Below, in pieces: positions 9,379 through 12,204 of a stretch of 12,204 nucleotides of DNA. The translations under genes were made by a program, and so were the position numbers. Source of the DNA: Myxococcales bacterium (GTDB lineage Bacteria; Myxococcota; Myxococcia; Myxococcales; Anaeromyxobacteraceae); assembly GCA_038320275.1 (NCBI GenBank), contig JBBQEB010000120.1, forward strand, positions 1-12,204. The letters are read 5' to 3'. Below the pieces are notes generated by a model that saw only the letters and a program-made list of their open reading frames with translations, was not told the origin of the DNA and searched no databases. Positions within the stretch are counted from its first letter, which is position 1. Each line of letters starts with the position of its first letter.

Positions 9379-10668
9379 GTGAACCGCGCGAAGGTGGTGC
9401 TCTACGTCCTGCTCGTGCTCGCTCTCGGAGCCGTGCAGCTGGTCGTCGTGTCGCGCTGGCTGACGGAGCGCTCCGTAGAACGCCTCGACCGGGAGCTCCG
9501 GACCGGGGCTGGCGAGGTCCTCGCGATCGCTGGGGCCGCCCGAGACGGGGCGTCCCTCGCCAGGCTCCGCAGCGCGACCGGTTCCGAGGTCACCCTGCTC
9601 TCGCCGTCGGCCCCGCCCCGGAGCACACTACCGTCACCCGCGGAGCTGCGGGCGGTGGCGGAGGCCGCGAGGGGAAACACGGGGCGGACCGTCGGCGCCG
9701 GACGGCTCGGGCCGCAGCCGCTCGGGCTCCCGTTGCCCCTCGAGCTTCCAGCCCTGCCCCTCCTTCTCACCGACGCTCCGGCGCATCGGGTGCACACCGT
9801 GGCGCTCGGAGGCGCCGGGGCGGAGCTCGTCGCCCTGTCGCAGGGCACCGCGGAGCTCCTTCGGCCGGTGATCGCATACCAGTGGCTCACGCTGGCCGGG
9901 CTCGCGCTGCTCCTCCTCGCGGGGCTCGCCGTCACGCTGCTCGTCACGGACGATCGCAGGCCCGGCGTGCCGCGCGAGCTGCTCGCCGCCGCCGATCGGC
10001 TCGCGCACGGGGACCTCGACGCGCGCGCGCCGGTGCTGGCGGGAAGCATGGGTATCCTGGCGGCGGCCCTGAACCGGACGGCGGACCTGGCGAGGGCGGG
10101 CGCGGCCACGGCGACGACGGCGGTGCGCACGGCTGGGGAGGAGGAGACCTCGACCTCGATCTCGACCGCGACCGCGACGCCGACCTCGATCCCGACCTCG
10201 ATCTCGATCTCGATCCCGACTCCGACTCCGACCTCCACCTCCACCTCGACCTCGACCGCGACCTCGACCGCGACTCCGACCGCGACCTTGGTCCCCGCTC
10301 CCGCGCCGTCCCGCAGGGTCATCGCCACCGGTGCCTCGCCGCGGCGGCCTGCTCCGGTCGTGGTGCCCGGCGAGGCGGACACGGGCGAGCAGACCATCGA
10401 GACGGCGCTCACGTCCGCTGCGATGCTGGCCGGAAGCCCGGTGCCTCTGGATGAGGAGGACGCGGCGTGGGAGGGCGTGTACCGCGAGTTCGTCGAGGCG
10501 CGCCGCCTCTGCGGTGAGTCGCCGGAGGGCGTCTCCTACGATCGCTTCCGGGAGAAGCTGCGGCGCAACCGCGATCAGCTCCGTGAGAAGCACGGCTGCC
10601 GGACGGTGCGCTTCCAGGTCTACGTGAAGGACGGGAAGGCGGCGCTCAAGGCCATCCCCGTGCGCTGA
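9379..10668 (+). CDS. Membrane protein with 2 TM helices, HAMP-like segment and MXAN_5187-like C-terminal domain (429 aa, unknown function)
   Basis: This is the 3' part of the 7219-10668 frame, starting at GTG 9379 (MNRAKVVLY). TM1 is VVLYVLLVLALGAVQLVVVS and TM2 is WLTLAGLALLLLAGLAVTLLV. The HAMP-like segment is RELLAAADRLAHGDLDARAP...MGILAAALNR. The C-terminus VYREFV..R..CGE...YDRF..KL...C.TVRFQVYVKDGKAALKA.P matches my recollection of the myxobacterial MXAN_5187 C-terminal domain. Confidence 0.85.
   Translation: MNRAKVVLYVLLVLALGAVQLVVVSRWLTERSVERLDRELRTGAGEVLAIAGAARDGASLARLRSATGSEVTLLSPSAPPRSTLPSPAELRAVAEAARGNTGRTVGAGRLGPQPLGLPLPLELPALPLLLTDAPAHRVHTVALGGAGAELVALSQGTAELLRPVIAYQWLTLAGLALLLLAGLAVTLLVTDDRRPGVPRELLAAADRLAHGDLDARAPVLAGSMGILAAALNRTADLARAGAATATTAVRTAGEEETSTSISTATATPTSIPTSISISIPTPTPTSTSTSTSTATSTATPTATLVPAPAPSRRVIATGASPRRPAPVVVPGEADTGEQTIETALTSAAMLAGSPVPLDEEDAAWEGVYREFVEARRLCGESPEGVSYDRFREKLRRNRDQLREKHGCRTVRFQVYVKDGKAALKAIPVR
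10147..10287 (+). repeat. Degenerate hexamer tandem repeat (ACCTCG-like, about 23.5 units) encoding a (Thr/Ile)-(Ser/Ala/Pro) linker
   Basis: 141 nt of ACCTCG/ATCTCG/ACCGCG/ACTCCG/ATCCCG-type units, translating to TSTSISTATATPTSIPTSISISIPTPTPTSTSTSTSTATSTATPTAT. Confidence 0.9.
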
Positions 10669-10677
10669 CGGCCTTCC

Positions 10678-12204
10678 TCAGTTCCCCTCCATGAAGAAGT
10701 TCTGCGGCGCCACGTCTTGCGCCGCGGCCGCGCGCGCCGGGACGGTCCCCGCCAGGAAAGGCATGGCGAGTGCGCCGGGCGAACCGGGGTCCACCATGAG
10801 ACCGCTCCTGGCATCGACCTGCACCAGCTCGACGTCGGTCGGCCTGGCGAGGTCCGTCGGCGGGCGCGAGCCCAGCGCCTCCTTCATGAACGAGATCCAG
10901 GCCGGGAGCGCGGCTCCCGCGCCGGTCTCGTGCGAGCCGAGAGGCTCGTGCGAGTCGAACCCCACCCACACGCCCGCCACCAGCTCGGGGGAGAAGCCCA
11001 CGAACCAGGCATCCCGGTGCTCCTGTGCGGTGCCCGTCTTGCCAGCCAGCGGCCGGCCCAGGACCTTGGCCTGGGTGGCGGTCCCGAGCTCGACCACGCT
11101 CTTCATCATGTCCGCGAGGACGAACGCCACGCCAGGCTCCAGCCCCGCCGCCGGCGCGCCGCCCACGCTCGCGCTCGCGGTCGCATTCGCGTTCGAGCTT
11201 GAGCTCGAAGTCGCCGGCACCACCAGCGGCGCCGCCGCTCCCGAGGTGAGGTAGGGCAGGGCGACGGGCGGGTGCTCCTCGAGGACCTGGCCCTTGCGGT
11301 CGCGCACGCGCAGCACGAGCAGCGGCGGCGTGGCGAGCCCGCGCGCGGCGATGGTGGTGAAGGCGTTCACGAGCTCGAGCGGCGTGACCTCCCCGACGCC
11401 CAGCGCGAGGGAGAGGGTGCGGGGCAGCTCGGACTCGATGCCGGCCCTTCGCGCGAACGCGATGATGGCGTCCACGCCCAGCGCATCGACGAGCTTCGCC
11501 GCTACCGTGTTCTTCGAGTGTGCCAGCGCGTACTCGAGGAGGATCGGTCCGTCGTACACGTCGCGCTCGAAGTTCTGCGGCTTCCACTCCTTGCCGGTGA
11601 TCGGGTCGCGGTACAGGTCGGGCGTGTCGTAGACGACGCTCGCCGCCGTGTACCTCCGCGACTCCACCGCGGCTCCCCACACGAAGGGCTTGAAGGCGGA
11701 GCCGGGCTGGCGGCGCGCCTGGATGGCCCGATTGAACTGGGAGGTGCCGAAGTCGTAGCCGCCGACCAGGGCGCGGATCCCGCGGGTGGCCGGGTCGATC
11801 GCCACCAGGGCGCCCTGCACGCGGGGCGGCTGCTCCAGCGCGAGGACGAGTGGCTTGCCGGCACGGGCGAGCTCGACAGGGCGCGCCGACAGGACCCGCA
11901 CCAGCACGATGTCCCCGGCCTTCACCACGTCCCGCACCCGGCGCGGCGCCGCCGTGCCGCTGGTGGGGCTGAACTTGCGCGCCCAGGTCACCTCCGCGAG
12001 CGCGATGGCCCCGCGCGCGCCGCCCAGATCCACGGAGGCCGCGCGGTCGCCGGACTGGGTGACGAGCGCAGCGTAGATCCCGCCCGCGACCAGCGGCCGC
12101 ACGGCCGCGCTGGCCTTGGGGCTCGCGCCCGGCTCGGCACCCTCCGGCTCGTCGCGGGGCACGCGGGTGAGATCCCAGACCATGAGCTCGCCCGGGCGGG
12201 GACT
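10678..12204 (-). CDS. mrcA: Penicillin-binding protein 1A (class A PBP), C-terminal part; 5' end lies beyond the window
   Basis: Transpeptidase motifs SxxK (RQPGSAFKP), SxN (SKN) and KTG (GKTGT), plus FNRAIQA, LALG..EVTPLEL and DAWFVGF. An OB-like insert (VVKAGDIVLVRV...LALEQPP) is typical of proteobacterial PBP1A. The frame stays open from 12183 to the window edge (SPRPGEL-M), so the gene is truncated by the window. Confidence 0.93.
   Translation of the reverse strand, partial: SPRPGELMVWDLTRVPRDEPEGAEPGASPKASAAVRPLVAGGIYAALVTQSGDRAASVDLGGARGAIALAEVTWARKFSPTSGTAAPRRVRDVVKAGDIVLVRVLSARPVELARAGKPLVLALEQPPRVQGALVAIDPATRGIRALVGGYDFGTSQFNRAIQARRQPGSAFKPFVWGAAVESRRYTAASVVYDTPDLYRDPITGKEWKPQNFERDVYDGPILLEYALAHSKNTVAAKLVDALGVDAIIAFARRAGIESELPRTLSLALGVGEVTPLELVNAFTTIAARGLATPPLLVLRVRDRKGQVLEEHPPVALPYLTSGAAAPLVVPATSSSSSNANATASASVGGAPAAGLEPGVAFVLADMMKSVVELGTATQAKVLGRPLAGKTGTAQEHRDAWFVGFSPELVAGVWVGFDSHEPLGSHETGAGAALPAWISFMKEALGSRPPTDLARPTDVELVQVDARSGLMVDPGSPGALAMPFLAGTVPARAAAAQDVAPQNFFMEGN
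11167..11214 (-). repeat. Short degenerate hexamer repeat within a low-complexity loop of PBP1A
   Basis: Minus-strand units GCGACT TCGAGC TCAAGC TCGAAC GCGAAT GCGACC GCGAGC GCGAGC, encoding ATSSSSSNANATASAS. Confidence 0.55.

Noticed and set aside
10147..10287. Repeat as a CRISPR array or similar repeat-spacer element
   Set aside because: It has 6-bp degenerate tandem units with no unique spacers, lies in frame within a CDS, and there are no cas genes.
9357..10593. Alternative-frame ORFs with DL/DR, VE/VG or RG/RD dipeptide repeats (9357-10454 +, 9402-10412 -, 9634-10593 -)
   Set aside because: These are other readings of the same hexamer repeat. Only the 9379-10668 frame gives TM helices, a HAMP-like segment and a recognisable C-terminal domain.

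Overview
A very GC-rich, essentially housekeeping chromosomal window, most consistent with a myxobacterium (Anaeromyxobacter-like; inferred from protein features and the gene set). The + strand carries tRNA-Leu(TAG), tig, clpP and clpX, then an intrinsic terminator, then lon and nadA. Next come a convergent secreted S46 dipeptidyl-peptidase (-), a divergent uncharacterised membrane protein (+) and the 3' part of a class A PBP1A (-), which runs off the window end. The membrane protein has two TM helices, a HAMP-like segment, a Thr/Ser repeat linker and an MXAN_5187-like C-terminal domain. I see no mobile element, CRISPR array, defence island or att duplication. The long antisense ORFs are GC/codon-bias shadows. 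The most interesting item is the receptor-like membrane protein, which has no known output domain and is probably translated from a leaderless mRNA. Smaller oddities are nadA attached to lon, a variant NadA Cys motif, and His substitutions in the trigger factor PPIase pocket. All family calls come from recognised motifs, not database searches.
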